Part shown: piece after piece, positions 36,568-46,736 of the stretch
Layout of the letters: every line of letters starts with the position of its first letter
How positions within the stretch are numbered: position 1 is the stretch's first letter
Assembly (NCBI GenBank): GCA_036337945.1
Contig: JAYZDF010000089.1
Span: 5,609 to 69,608 of the forward strand
Direction of reading: 5' to 3'
Length of the DNA: 64,000 nt
Source: Myxococcota bacterium
GTDB taxonomy: Bacteria > Myxococcota > Kuafuiibacteriia > Kuafuiibacteriales > Kuafuiibacteriaceae
Notes under the pieces: model-generated
The model's input: the letters and a program-made list of their open reading frames with translations, nothing else
Databases searched by the model: none
Told to the model about the DNA's origin: nothing
Translations under genes and position numbers: made by a program

Positions 36568-38726
36568 CTTTGTATCCCTTTGCGTGGAGAGGGTTTAGAA
36601 AGCACGACGCGAGCGCTTTTGATGAGGTCATCCGGTTGAAGTGCGTCGACTACATCCATTCCATCCCGCACTTGACCAAACAGTGTGTATCCTCCGTCAA
36701 GATGGGGCTGCGAGGAATGGGTAATAAAAAACTGACTCGCACCGGTATCCCGGCCATTGGTCGCGATACCTACCGAGCCCCGTCGGAAAGTCATCGGCGA
36801 AACCTCTTCTTCGATCGCATAACCAGGGCCACCCCATCCGTCACCTCGTGGACAACCTCCCTGAGATACAAAGTCAGGGACGATTCGATGCCACGAACGA
36901 CCATTATAGAAGCCCTCATTGGCAAGAGATGAGATTACTCCAACCGTTCGAGGAGCCAAGTCTCCAAACATTTCGATTACGATAGTACCACGTTCCATCT
37001 CGAGATAGAGAATGGGCCTACCACCGATAGGACGTGGACGGCGATATGGCTGTTTTCGAGGATTTGCACCGAACTCCATGGGGATTGAAAAATCACGTGA
37101 CATCACTGCGGCAGCTCTCCGGCGAATGGCTGGGCGAGCGTCATTCATGAATACGGATAGGTTCCGCTCGAATTCAGCGGTCGGAATCTTCAGCGCGCCA
37201 ATAGCATCAATGAGGCCCACGACAAAATTGGGGTCTGGTTCTCCCGACATTTTGTGGAGTGCGGACTTGAGGGCGGAAATGACTTCACCATCTACCTCCT
37301 TGGCGATTTTCGGATTTTGAAACCACGACGCTGCCGCCGCAACCACATAGGGGTCTGAGTGGCTAAGTAACTCACTCAGCACTTTGTTTCTGTTTGGAAG
37401 AGTCACATTGGCAAGTGCCAACGTAGCGATCACTCTAGTTTTGGAGTCTCCAAGTTTAAGCATTGCCAATAACCCAGCAAAGCCACCTTCTTCATCAAAC
37501 TCTAAGAGTCGGCTCTCAAGTTCTAATCTTCTCCAGGCCAGCAGCCGCGAAGAACCACAAACTCTGACCCGGCGGATATCTGATTCACGAAAATCCGTTG
37601 CAAAAGCGAGGTGGCAGTGAATCGCTGCGCCGTCGCTTTGTGTTGCCGGTGAGAACTGCCCGAGATTCCGCCATTTTTCTCCGTCGAGGCGACGAATGAG
37701 TTCATCACCAGAATCACCTAGTCTACCTGCCACTCGAACAATTTCAGAGAGGATATGAGTGCTCGTCCCGGAACCGATTGAGCCACGCTGACCAAAGCGG
37801 ACCAATTCATGCGACAACATCACCATTAGTCGCTGAGCCACTGCAGGTGCTAACCCTGGAATCCTCTCAGCCATCGAATCCATGGCTCGGACTGCCTGAT
37901 ACCTAACTTTCCAATCTGGATCTTTTATGACCGAATCGAATATTTGAATCGTCACACCTGACTCCCCTAAACCACGAACCCCCATGGCTCGGATTTCGGA
38001 GTTTTTGTCTGCAAGGACAGATGTAAAAGAAGCTGCGACATCTGGGCCCGGCATGCGCATGAGTGCGTAAACAGCACCATAACGATCAGCAGGGTGCTTT
38101 GAGCGTGCCAGCTCTGACAAGCGCTTCGATATAGTTGTTGTCTTGACTCGCTCAGCACCAACCCTTTTCGCGATGAGTCCTAACGCCAAGGCTGCAGAGC
38201 CTCGAACTTTTGGCTTCTCATTCGAAAGAACAGGATACAACTCACTCGCAACTGAAGCCGTCGCCGAGCGCCCTAGTGCTCGGAGAATTGGTGGCTTAGC
38301 GATCGAGTCATCCGAAAGAGCCTCGACCAGTCCTGAAACAGCTTGAGCATGACCAATCTGACCCGCAGCGAATGCTGCCCATTTCGCAACTTCAGGATCT
38401 CGGTCACCCAGAAGTGCAAGAACCTGAGAAGTAGAACTCGGTGATTCAATTCGACTCACCGCTTTCAGTGCAGCAAGTCGAATATTTCTCTTATGATGCG
38501 AAAGACCTATCTGCACCGCTTCAGCCCCGGCATCCCTGCGGGTCTCAGCCTTCAGGATATCGAGATGAACTTTGCGAACCGAAACGTCCGATGAACTGTT
38601 CGCAGGAATCGTCTTACAGCTGGTCGCCGCGCATACCAATCCAAGCGCGAAAGCGAATATTCGGGGACAGAAACGAGGAGAATGTGATGGGTTGTGGTCA
38701 GACACAAAACGAATCAGTTTAGACAT
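36564..38726 (-). CDS. HEAT-repeat lipoprotein with C-terminal cyclophilin-type PPIase
   Basis: Lipobox ATSC; HEAT repeats; APRT..GFYNG..WHRIVPDFV.QGGCP.GDG.GG, GASQFFI, HLDG.YT.FGQV. Confidence 0.88.
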   Translation of the reverse strand: MSKLIRFVSDHNPSHSPRFCPRIFAFALGLVCAATSCKTIPANSSSDVSVRKVHLDILKAETRRDAGAEAVQIGLSHHKRNIRLAALKAVSRIESPSSTSQVLALLGDRDPEVAKWAAFAAGQIGHAQAVSGLVEALSDDSIAKPPILRALGRSATASVASELYPVLSNEKPKVRGSAALALGLIAKRVGAERVKTTTISKRLSELARSKHPADRYGAVYALMRMPGPDVAASFTSVLADKNSEIRAMGVRGLGESGVTIQIFDSVIKDPDWKVRYQAVRAMDSMAERIPGLAPAVAQRLMVMLSHELVRFGQRGSIGSGTSTHILSEIVRVAGRLGDSGDELIRRLDGEKWRNLGQFSPATQSDGAAIHCHLAFATDFRESDIRRVRVCGSSRLLAWRRLELESRLLEFDEEGGFAGLLAMLKLGDSKTRVIATLALANVTLPNRNKVLSELLSHSDPYVVAAAASWFQNPKIAKEVDGEVISALKSALHKMSGEPDPNFVVGLIDAIGALKIPTAEFERNLSVFMNDARPAIRRRAAAVMSRDFSIPMEFGANPRKQPYRRPRPIGGRPILYLEMERGTIVIEMFGDLAPRTVGVISSLANEGFYNGRSWHRIVPDFVSQGGCPRGDGWGGPGYAIEEEVSPMTFRRGSVGIATNGRDTGASQFFITHSSQPHLDGGYTLFGQVRDGMDVVDALQPDDLIKSARVVLSKPSPRKGIQR

Positions 38727-38750
38727 GTTGCCTCTGTTCAGACTCCGGGC

Positions 38751-39410
38751 TTAATCCTCGCCCAGCAGACGCTTCAAATCTCCGACTACAGATTCCAGTT
38801 TTTGAGGAACGTCTTGCGGAACTTCTTCTGTTTCGAGCAAGAGTCCGTAAAGTCGCTCAGCCAACACGACGCATTTTCGTAAGCGTGCCTGTGGGTCTAT
38901 CGCTGATTTCTTTACGGGGTCCGGTGCACGCTCGCGGACCAATTTGCGAATCTGTCCGGGCGATGGGTCTTCGTCAAAGACCTGGTTTCGGAGTTCGCGG
39001 AAATCAGATTCGGAGAGATATGGGTTTTCTCTTGCCTCAGCCAGAACATCGAGTGCTTGGAAGCTGGGCAAAGGTACAACATTTTCAGATGGGTCACGCT
39101 CTTCGAGGAACCGTCTTTCATGAGACTCTAGAAAATTGTATGAGCGTAGCAGTTTTACGACGGTATCCTTTCGAAGATAAAGTTCGTGTTGCGTGTACGC
39201 GGTAAGGGTTCGGTAGCCCCACTCTTTGTACGACTTATTTTTTTCAATCACAGATAGAGCCTTCGCAAGCTCTAGCCATGAACGCTTGAAGTCGATGGCG
39301 GTTCGCAAGATCGCATATCTCTCGCTTCCAGGTGCTAAAGTTTCGAGACGAGCTTCCATGGCCTGCGCCGATTTAGAGTTCGACGTATTCTGGGCTGTCA
39401 TTGCTGTCAT
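38751..39410 (-). CDS. hypothetical protein with possible HTH (DUF3102/partition-protein-like)
   Basis: LAKAL..IE...YKEWGY.TL..Y...EL.LRK.TV.KL pattern; TAATG coupling to the helicase gene. Confidence 0.6.
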   Translation of the reverse strand: MTAMTAQNTSNSKSAQAMEARLETLAPGSERYAILRTAIDFKRSWLELAKALSVIEKNKSYKEWGYRTLTAYTQHELYLRKDTVVKLLRSYNFLESHERRFLEERDPSENVVPLPSFQALDVLAEARENPYLSESDFRELRNQVFDEDPSPGQIRKLVRERAPDPVKKSAIDPQARLRKCVVLAERLYGLLLETEEVPQDVPQKLESVVGDLKRLLGED

Positions 39411-41149
39411 TAGCGAGCCCTCGCTCGCTCGATGGTTACTGGCGTGTCATCGACACTGAGTCCTGACTCTGCCTTTTGAATGGCTTGTTCTGCAATTTCC
39501 ACGGGTACGACTACAAAAGCATGAGTTCGCCGAACTTGCACCTTTTTGAGCATTTCTGGCTCTCCGCAATTCGCCGCTTGGAGCACCAACTCCTTGATTT
39601 TGTCTCCGTCGTAGCCCTGACCAGAGCCTCGATTAATGAACAAACGCCAACCGTCTAACTTCTTATCTTCACTCGCTTTTTCCTTTTTCGGCCGCTCCCC
39701 TTTCGGCTTTTTTTCGGCGCGCTTAGCGTTCAACGCCTTAGCCGCTTCTGCGCGACGGTGCGCCCGTTTTTGGCCTTCTTCTTTTTCAATGCGCTTGTCG
39801 TTAGCCCTGGCCTCACTTTCACGTTTTTCTTCAAGGATTCCAAAATGTTGTCGAAGCAGAAAAGCAATCGCTTGCTCGCTTTTTTCAGTTTCGAGCAGAC
39901 GTTTCGCCATTGGCAAGAAGGATGTTGTCTCTACTTGGCGAGCCATCGCGATGAGCTCCCGGGTCACACGACTTGCTTGAAGCTTCGCGAGTTCATCTTT
40001 GCTTGGAAGCGTCCGGGTCTCAAAATCGATACCGTATTCGCGCGTGAGCTCGGTTTTCGTGTATTCATCTTTGCCGCTGATGAGAGAGATGGCCGTTCCT
40101 GACTTTCCGATTCGTCCGGTTCGTCCAACGCGATGCAAATAAACTTCCGTGAACTCGGGAAGAGAATAAAGAACCACGTGCGTGAGGTCTGAGATATCGA
40201 TACCTCTGGCCGCAATATCGGTTGCTACGAGGTATTGAAGCTCTCCTCGTTTCATCCTTTTCATGATTCGCTCTCTTTCTTTTTGATTCAAATCGCCTGA
40301 AAGAGCTAATGCGTTCAAGCCCTGACGCCTCAGGAAAGAAGCGACAACTTGCGCATCCTGACGTAAGTTGCAAAAGATTACCGCGTTTTCAGGCTGCTCT
40401 ACTTCCAAAATGTAAAGCAGGTTTCGCGGCTTAGGCAGCGCGTCATCGCGATAATAAGCAATGTTTAGAATTCCTTCTACCGTCAATTCATCTTGCGAGA
40501 TATCAAGACGGACTGGGTCATTGAGATACTTGGAGGCGGCGCGACGGATTTCATCTGGCAAGGTCGCCGAAAAGAGCAGAGTCTGACGTTTTTTGGCCAA
40601 TTGATCCAGAATCGCCGTAACGTCTTCCCAAAATCCCATTGAAAGCATTTCATCGGCTTCATCCAGCGCCACTCCTTGCACAGTGGACAGTCTCAATGCT
40701 CTTCGTCGAGCCAAGTCCAGAACGCGGCCCGGTGTGCCAACAACGATGTCGCAGCCTTCTTTCAGATTTCGTAATTGCGGGCCTATCGGTGTTCCTCCAT
40801 ATATAGGTATAACCCTCACACCCTTCGGGCCTCCTAACTCAGACATTTCTTCAGCGACTTGAATGGCTAACTCACGTGTCGGGCAAAGCACCAGCGCGCG
40901 GGGATCCGTTACGTCCGCCTCGATTTGAACCTGTTCGACCAGCGGAAGACCAAACGCAGTGGTTTTTCCTGTTCCTGTTTTCGATTGAACGAGTAGGTCA
41001 CGACCTTCCATGGCCGGTCCAAGGCTCGCAGCCTGAACGGGTGTCGCTTCTTCGTAACCAAGGGCTCGTACGCCAGCCAGCACCTCATCAGAAAGTTCAA
41101 GGGCGTCAAAACGTACAGATTTAGGGAGATTATTTTCGGTCTCGCTCAC
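39410..41149 (-). CDS. DEAD-box RNA helicase with DbpA-type C-terminal RNA-binding domain
   Basis: Q motif TPVQ, KTGTGKT, PTRELA, TPGR, DEAD, SAT, ARGID, HRVGRTGR; LFINRG C-terminal domain. Start set at GTG 41149. Confidence 0.93.
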   Translation of the reverse strand: MSETENNLPKSVRFDALELSDEVLAGVRALGYEEATPVQAASLGPAMEGRDLLVQSKTGTGKTTAFGLPLVEQVQIEADVTDPRALVLCPTRELAIQVAEEMSELGGPKGVRVIPIYGGTPIGPQLRNLKEGCDIVVGTPGRVLDLARRRALRLSTVQGVALDEADEMLSMGFWEDVTAILDQLAKKRQTLLFSATLPDEIRRAASKYLNDPVRLDISQDELTVEGILNIAYYRDDALPKPRNLLYILEVEQPENAVIFCNLRQDAQVVASFLRRQGLNALALSGDLNQKERERIMKRMKRGELQYLVATDIAARGIDISDLTHVVLYSLPEFTEVYLHRVGRTGRIGKSGTAISLISGKDEYTKTELTREYGIDFETRTLPSKDELAKLQASRVTRELIAMARQVETTSFLPMAKRLLETEKSEQAIAFLLRQHFGILEEKRESEARANDKRIEKEEGQKRAHRRAEAAKALNAKRAEKKPKGERPKKEKASEDKKLDGWRLFINRGSGQGYDGDKIKELVLQAANCGEPEMLKKVQVRRTHAFVVVPVEIAEQAIQKAESGLSVDDTPVTIERARAR

Positions 41150-41303
41150 GTTGGGCAGGTATCTATGGTCGCAGAATGTGTCAATCGCAGCCTGATAATC
41201 ACCGATAAAAACACCCATTTTATGCGATCCAGCCCAATAACTTACCCCGAAAATGCAAAGTTTCGGATAGACAAGCTGGATAGAGTTTGAATAACTCGCG
41301 TTT

Positions 41304-42875
41304 GTGAACTTTGTGCGACATTCCTGGCTAACCACCGCGATAGTACTGACGCTCGGCGTCAATTACGGCTGCGACGACGACGCAAGCATCATCCGTCTGC
41401 CCGAGCCCGAAGTGCAGATTGACGAGCTGAAACAACGCTCGGCTGCTGCAGTGGACATCCTTTGGGTGATCGATAGCTCCGAGTCTATGGTTCAAGAGCA
41501 AGAGCTCTTGGCCCAAAACTTCGATCGATTCATCACCGGCCTCACCGTATGCCAAGGAAGTGAGACACCGGATGACATTTGTGACTTCACAACCAAGAAG
41601 TGCTCTAAATCCGGCAATCCCTGCAATCCGCCAGATTATCACATTGGAGTCATCTCTACCGACACCAGAAGTTCAAACGCGTCTGGGCGTTTGCGAAGAG
41701 CCGGCATTTGCGTCCCGCGTCCGAATAGTGCGCCAGCCAACAACAAGACTCTTTACTGCGGCGGTCCAAGTGACTGCGCCGAAACGACCAACCCCAATTA
41801 CGACGCACAAAACGTTCATTGCGATTTAGTCCAGGCCATCTCTTATATTCAACCCACCACACCTGGTGCCAAAGACGCTTTTGGAAAGCTCGTGAAAGTG
41901 GGTATCTCTGGTTCAGCCCTCGAAACCGGTATTCAAGCAGCTGCTCAAGCGCTTGGTCGCGACGCAGACCGAACCACGGGTCAGTTCATTTCGGCTCCCG
42001 CGGAAAACGCCGGCTTTTTGCGTAATGATGCTTCACTATTTGTCATCTTCGTTTCGGATGAAGACGATTCTTCCTTTGGTCGAGTTTCTTACTACTATCG
42101 AACCTTCGAGAGCCTGAAAGGTGCCGGCAACGAAGGCCTCATTTCCTTTAGTGCAATCGTTGGTGACCCTGATCCAGACGGTTCAGGACCGGTACGCGGA
42201 GGATGCCCCTCTGAACCGAACACAATTACAGCCTTTCCTGGGACCCGATACGTTGCCCTTTCAATGTATTCGCGCGGTCTTTCGTCAGAGTTCAGAGTTT
42301 GCGATGATACGCGTCTCCCCTGCTTAGAGGGAAGCGTCTGCCAAAAACCGATTCCCGAATTCCCTCGGTCAGGCTCTGAGGTCGGTGTTTGCGTTCCAAC
42401 TGGCCAATGCCAAATCGATCAAGACTGCGGAAACTTCAAGTGCTCGGACGATAGAGGATGTATCACCTGTGAAAACAATCAATGCACGCTAACTTCAGAG
42501 CGATTTGTTCAACTTCTGGAACGAAACGGTGTTTTTGGTTCAATTTGTAATCCTGATTACGCCGTTGTTCTCGGCGCCCTCGGCTTCGAAGCAGCTGGTC
42601 TACGAAGAAAATTTGAGCTGACCAAATTCCCCGACTGCAGCAAACCGGTGGATTGCGGCGATGCGCAGTCTCCAGTTTGCGTTCGCGTAAACGGTGTTAT
42701 TGTTCCGAACAACCGAGCTTCAGGATGGGTTTGGGAGCCCAGCTCGAACGCTATCTTCTTCGACGGCGACTTCGTACCTCCGACGGACGCCAATATTGAG
42801 ATCAGTTACAGCATCGCGCGAGCAGGTGGTGCGGAAGCAACCTCAGCACTTAGCTGCGATAGTGCGCTTCAATAA
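41304..42875 (+). CDS. vWA-domain lipoprotein with Cys-rich insertions
   Basis: Lipobox NYGC; MIDAS DxSxS in VDILWVIDSSESM; HIGVISTD; FVSDEDD; FGSIC..DY. Confidence 0.8.
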   Translation: MNFVRHSWLTTAIVLTLGVNYGCDDDASIIRLPEPEVQIDELKQRSAAAVDILWVIDSSESMVQEQELLAQNFDRFITGLTVCQGSETPDDICDFTTKKCSKSGNPCNPPDYHIGVISTDTRSSNASGRLRRAGICVPRPNSAPANNKTLYCGGPSDCAETTNPNYDAQNVHCDLVQAISYIQPTTPGAKDAFGKLVKVGISGSALETGIQAAAQALGRDADRTTGQFISAPAENAGFLRNDASLFVIFVSDEDDSSFGRVSYYYRTFESLKGAGNEGLISFSAIVGDPDPDGSGPVRGGCPSEPNTITAFPGTRYVALSMYSRGLSSEFRVCDDTRLPCLEGSVCQKPIPEFPRSGSEVGVCVPTGQCQIDQDCGNFKCSDDRGCITCENNQCTLTSERFVQLLERNGVFGSICNPDYAVVLGALGFEAAGLRRKFELTKFPDCSKPVDCGDAQSPVCVRVNGVIVPNNRASGWVWEPSSNAIFFDGDFVPPTDANIEISYSIARAGGAEATSALSCDSALQ

Positions 42876-42895
42876 AGGCAAAGAGGAGAACGACG

Positions 42896-44269
42896 ATGAA
42901 GAATCTAATTTTTGTATGGTCTCTGGTTTGCGCCCTCGCCTTGAGCTTGGCGTCGTGTAGTCAAACGTCCCAATTTGAAAATGGTGTTTGTGAAGCCAGA
43001 AGTGATTGCCCGGTCGGCGCAGCCTGCCGAGGCGGACTTTGTGTTTGTATCAGTGACGAAGCTTGCGGGCCCGGTGAAGAATGTAACAGCCAAGGACTCT
43101 GCCAAAAGGTTTCCGGGTGCCGCCGAAACGACCAATGCCCAGACCCTCAAAATACTTTCTGCGACCTTGCGACAGGAAAATGCATCGACAAGGTAAGTAT
43201 TGATAACTCGGGTGTGAGATCAGGTTGTGGCTCAAACGTCCATTGCGACCCCGGTTATGTTTGTAATGCCCAGACTCGACAATGCGTCGAAGGCTGCAAT
43301 GAAGACTCAGATTGTCCGTTGTACCGAGTATGTCAGGGCGGAAGCACCGGCGTTCCAGGAACTTGTGTTGCTGGCGGCTGCAGCGACAACAGCTTTTGCG
43401 AATACGGCCAGCTTTGTACGGCACAAGGTTGCGTGGATAGCCCAGACCCTAACCACTGCCAGCCCTGTTCTCCGGGCGCGAACGATTGTGGTTCGCCCAA
43501 CAATTTTTGTCTCATCAACCCTAACTACATAGAGGGCGACCCAAACAGCGGATCACGTAATTATTGTGGTGTTGATTGCGCAAACAATGCAGATGTTTGT
43601 CCTAACGGTTACAACTGCAACACTGTCCGAATCCTGACCCAGGAAATCTGCGTCGAAAATACAGACTGCTGCGACGCAAGTAACCCTAATGACTGCTGCC
43701 CCAATGGGGACGATGATTGCATGAACAGGAAACGTTGTTCCAAAGGTGAGGGACAGCTCACAGGTGGCTGCACATGTCTGAATGATCAAGACTGCACCAT
43801 TGATACATTCAGCCCCTTCTGCCTCAAGACCTGCCAGCAAACTGGCGCGACTTGTGTTGACGATACCGACTGCAAAAGCTGCAGCGGTGCTGGCTTTCTC
43901 CCATGCAACGAAGACTCTGATTGTCTACTCGGACGTTGTGAGATGACACGCGGCGACCGATGCTCTGACTCGAACAAACAATGTCAGTGGCCTTTGAACA
44001 CTGCCTGCGGCGACAATAGTGATTGCCAGGAGCTACCATTTTGCGTGCCCCTCAACGGGACTCAGAGCTGTATTTGGGACATTGGCGGCACACCTTGCAA
44101 CACCAATGCTGAGTGTATGTGTAACCGGACGACCGGAGAATGTATGGGAACGGGACGCCCTTGCCAGACTGCTGCAGATTGTCAGCTCACGTGCCAAAAC
44201 GGCGGATGCCTTATCGGGGCGTCTTGTGGACCAGAGGAAGGTCTCAGCTGCAATGACATCCTAAGGTAA
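42896..44269 (+). CDS. Cys-rich repeat lipoprotein A
   Basis: Lipobox LASC; 68 Cys in 457 aa by hand count; CxxDxDC repeats; GAGGAG RBS. Confidence 0.85.
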   Translation: MKNLIFVWSLVCALALSLASCSQTSQFENGVCEARSDCPVGAACRGGLCVCISDEACGPGEECNSQGLCQKVSGCRRNDQCPDPQNTFCDLATGKCIDKVSIDNSGVRSGCGSNVHCDPGYVCNAQTRQCVEGCNEDSDCPLYRVCQGGSTGVPGTCVAGGCSDNSFCEYGQLCTAQGCVDSPDPNHCQPCSPGANDCGSPNNFCLINPNYIEGDPNSGSRNYCGVDCANNADVCPNGYNCNTVRILTQEICVENTDCCDASNPNDCCPNGDDDCMNRKRCSKGEGQLTGGCTCLNDQDCTIDTFSPFCLKTCQQTGATCVDDTDCKSCSGAGFLPCNEDSDCLLGRCEMTRGDRCSDSNKQCQWPLNTACGDNSDCQELPFCVPLNGTQSCIWDIGGTPCNTNAECMCNRTTGECMGTGRPCQTAADCQLTCQNGGCLIGASCGPEEGLSCNDILR

Positions 44270-44288
44270 TTTCACCTGTCGATTCGAA

Positions 44289-44939
44289 ATGAACTCCGCG
44301 ACCAGAATATGCTTAGCCTTATCGGTTGGCCTGTTTGCCTGTAAAAAAGAATCAACGCGTTCGTCTGTGTCACTGCCTTTTAGCGACGATTTCAATCGCA
44401 ACGAACTCGGACCGAACTGGTTCCCGAGCGGAGGAGATTGGAAAATCAGAGATGGCTACGTGTACACGACTTTCTCGAACAATATGCCCCTGTTTTTGAA
44501 CGTTGATTTGCCTAGTGATGTCGTGATGGAGGTCGACATAAAAAGCGAGCTTCCTATTGTAGACGCGAAAATTGAACTGATGACCGACGGACGAACACAT
44601 CAATCTGGATATGTCTTTATCCTGGGCGGCTGGAGTAACAAACTCTCCGTTATCGCTCGACTTGATGAACACGGTAAAGACCGCAAGGTAAAGTCCCCCA
44701 CCAACGTAAAAGGTAATAAGACCTATAGATGGCGGATTGAAAAGAAAGGTGGAAACCTGAAATGGTACCTCGATGGACAGCTGTATATGACTTACAACGA
44801 CCCGAAACCATTGGATGGATCAGGTCATAACCGCCTGGGTTTTGGTAACTGGCAAAACCAAATTCGCTTCGACAATCTCAAAATCTGGGCTTATGCCGAC
44901 GCCCCGACCATACGCACATCAACGACTGTAGCCCCTTAA
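44289..44939 (+). CDS. lipoprotein with concanavalin A-like (LamG/DUF1080-like) domain
   Basis: Lipobox LFAC; FSDDF..W..W.I.DG...YRWRIEK..L.WYLDG...G.LGF...IRFDNLKI beta-sandwich pattern. Confidence 0.7.
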   Translation: MNSATRICLALSVGLFACKKESTRSSVSLPFSDDFNRNELGPNWFPSGGDWKIRDGYVYTTFSNNMPLFLNVDLPSDVVMEVDIKSELPIVDAKIELMTDGRTHQSGYVFILGGWSNKLSVIARLDEHGKDRKVKSPTNVKGNKTYRWRIEKKGGNLKWYLDGQLYMTYNDPKPLDGSGHNRLGFGNWQNQIRFDNLKIWAYADAPTIRTSTTVAP

Positions 44940-45043
44940 CGCCGACGCAGAGCTCCTTGAGAGACTTTTTCCCTTCGGAGCATTATAAAAAGGTCGCAAT
45001 GAATGATTGAAAGCGGCTGAAAATGTGCATAAAAGGCCGGTGT

Positions 45044-46252
45044 ATGGAAAAGGTCACTGAATTCCTGAATTCAAATATCTACGCTAAGAATGCCGCCATT
45101 ATCGCAGGAGCTGTCGTACTCAGCATCGTTGCCTATCTTATCGCACGACGAGTCATCCTCCGAGGGCTCAGATATTTCACTCAAAAGACGAAGTTTAGTT
45201 GGGACGACATTATTCTTGAGCAAGGCGTCTTTAACAAACTGGCGCTTTTAGCCCCGGCTATAGTCATCTACTACTTTGGCTATGCGTTCGACCAAGTAGG
45301 CGTATTCCTACAACGAGGGGTCAGCAGCTATGTCCTCTTCGTGTTTTTGCTCGCAGTGAATGACCTGCTCACCGCAGTCAATCTCATTTACAACCGGTAC
45401 GAGTTCGCAAAATCTCGGCCTATCAAGGGTTACATACAGGTTGTAAAACTGATCGTATTTTCAATCGGTGGCCTGACCATTATCGCTCTCGTCATGGGTA
45501 AATCGCCCGCCGTCGTAATCAGCGGTTTGGGCGCTTTGACCGCCGTCCTCATGCTCGTATTCAAGGACAGTATTCTGTCACTTGTAGCAAGTATCCAGCT
45601 CGCAACAAACGACCTTATCCGTATCGGCGATTGGGTTGAAATGCCGAAGTTCAACGCGAACGGTGAAGTCTCAGATATCGCCCTCAATGCTGTAAAGATT
45701 CAAAATTTCGACAAGACCATCACCTCGATACCAACTCATCGTTTCCTTGAAGATTCATTCAAGAACTGGCGTGGCATGGCCGAGTCTGGAACAAGGCGTA
45801 TCTTGAAGTCGATACATCTCGACCAAACGAGCGTCCGTTTTCTCACGGAAGAGGAACTAGACAAACTTGAGAAAGTCGCAGTGCTTTCTGACTACATCAA
45901 GGGCAGACGCCAAGAAATCACCCAGCATAATCAAGACAAATCCGTTGATCTGAGCATTTCGGCAAATGGAAGAAGACTCACGAATCTAGGTACTTTTAGG
46001 CAATACGTTTTCGAATATTTACACAACAACGAGAACATTCGAAACGATCTCACTCTGCTCGTTCGGTTGTTACAACCGACAAATCAAGGTATCGCGGTAC
46101 AAATCTACTGCTTCAGCGCAGACCAAAGGTGGGCCCAATACGAAGGTATCCAGGGCGATATTATCGACCATCTACTCGCCGTACTCGGAGATTTTGATTT
46201 ACGTGTGTTCCAAGACCCGGTCGGTAGCGATTTCGCAAAATTTCAAAGCTAG
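45044..46252 (+). CDS. MscS-family mechanosensitive channel (YbdG-like)
   Basis: PIKGYIQVVK, GLGA.TAVLMLVFKDSILSLVASIQ, GDWVEMP, NFDKTI, FKNWRGM.ESG.RRI, LTNLGTFR.Y. Confidence 0.92.
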   Translation: MEKVTEFLNSNIYAKNAAIIAGAVVLSIVAYLIARRVILRGLRYFTQKTKFSWDDIILEQGVFNKLALLAPAIVIYYFGYAFDQVGVFLQRGVSSYVLFVFLLAVNDLLTAVNLIYNRYEFAKSRPIKGYIQVVKLIVFSIGGLTIIALVMGKSPAVVISGLGALTAVLMLVFKDSILSLVASIQLATNDLIRIGDWVEMPKFNANGEVSDIALNAVKIQNFDKTITSIPTHRFLEDSFKNWRGMAESGTRRILKSIHLDQTSVRFLTEEELDKLEKVAVLSDYIKGRRQEITQHNQDKSVDLSISANGRRLTNLGTFRQYVFEYLHNNENIRNDLTLLVRLLQPTNQGIAVQIYCFSADQRWAQYEGIQGDIIDHLLAVLGDFDLRVFQDPVGSDFAKFQS

Positions 46253-46253
46253 C

Positions 46254-46736
46254 TCAGCTCTGTAAATAATCTCTGAAGGTATCAACCGGAGCAGATGGCC
46301 CCGAAAATGTTCGTTTTACTTCCTCGTCTTGGCCCAGCGCAACATATCGAATGGTGACTGAGCTTTCCTCTATCACTATACCATCCACCGCTTGCCGAAG
46401 AATGACCTCATCATTTACCCAGAAATGTCGCGGATACAGAACAAGACGTTTTTTCTTCCCGCCCTCTCTCAGACGGACCTTCGCTTTCGCTTCACGCTCT
46501 AAATAATGGCGTAAGCCAATAAAAGCCGTCATCAGCCCGAGGAACACAGAAAACGCAAAACCGACGGCTATTTCGCGTGGGCTAAGACCTGCCGGTCCAA
46601 AAAACCAACCGAGCACCCACGACCAAAATAGGAACTGGGTCTGTAATACACTCGTAAAAATCGCACGGCGCTTATCTTTCGCTCTTCTTCCACGTATCTC
46701 TGCCGTTTCCACAACATTTTGCGCAATTAGATTCAT
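46254..46736 (-). CDS. small membrane protein (2 TM + beta-rich C-domain)
   Basis: Two hydrophobic helices; 4-bp overlap with the upstream Cys-rich gene. Confidence 0.6.
   Translation of the reverse strand: MNLIAQNVVETAEIRGRRAKDKRRAIFTSVLQTQFLFWSWVLGWFFGPAGLSPREIAVGFAFSVFLGLMTAFIGLRHYLEREAKAKVRLREGGKKKRLVLYPRHFWVNDEVILRQAVDGIVIEESSVTIRYVALGQDEEVKRTFSGPSAPVDTFRDYLQS

Noticed and set aside
41180-41210. TCAA-N16-ACCGATAA sigma28-like promoter upstream of the vWA gene
   Set aside because: Single weak instance about 95 nt from the start; cannot be distinguished from chance by eye.
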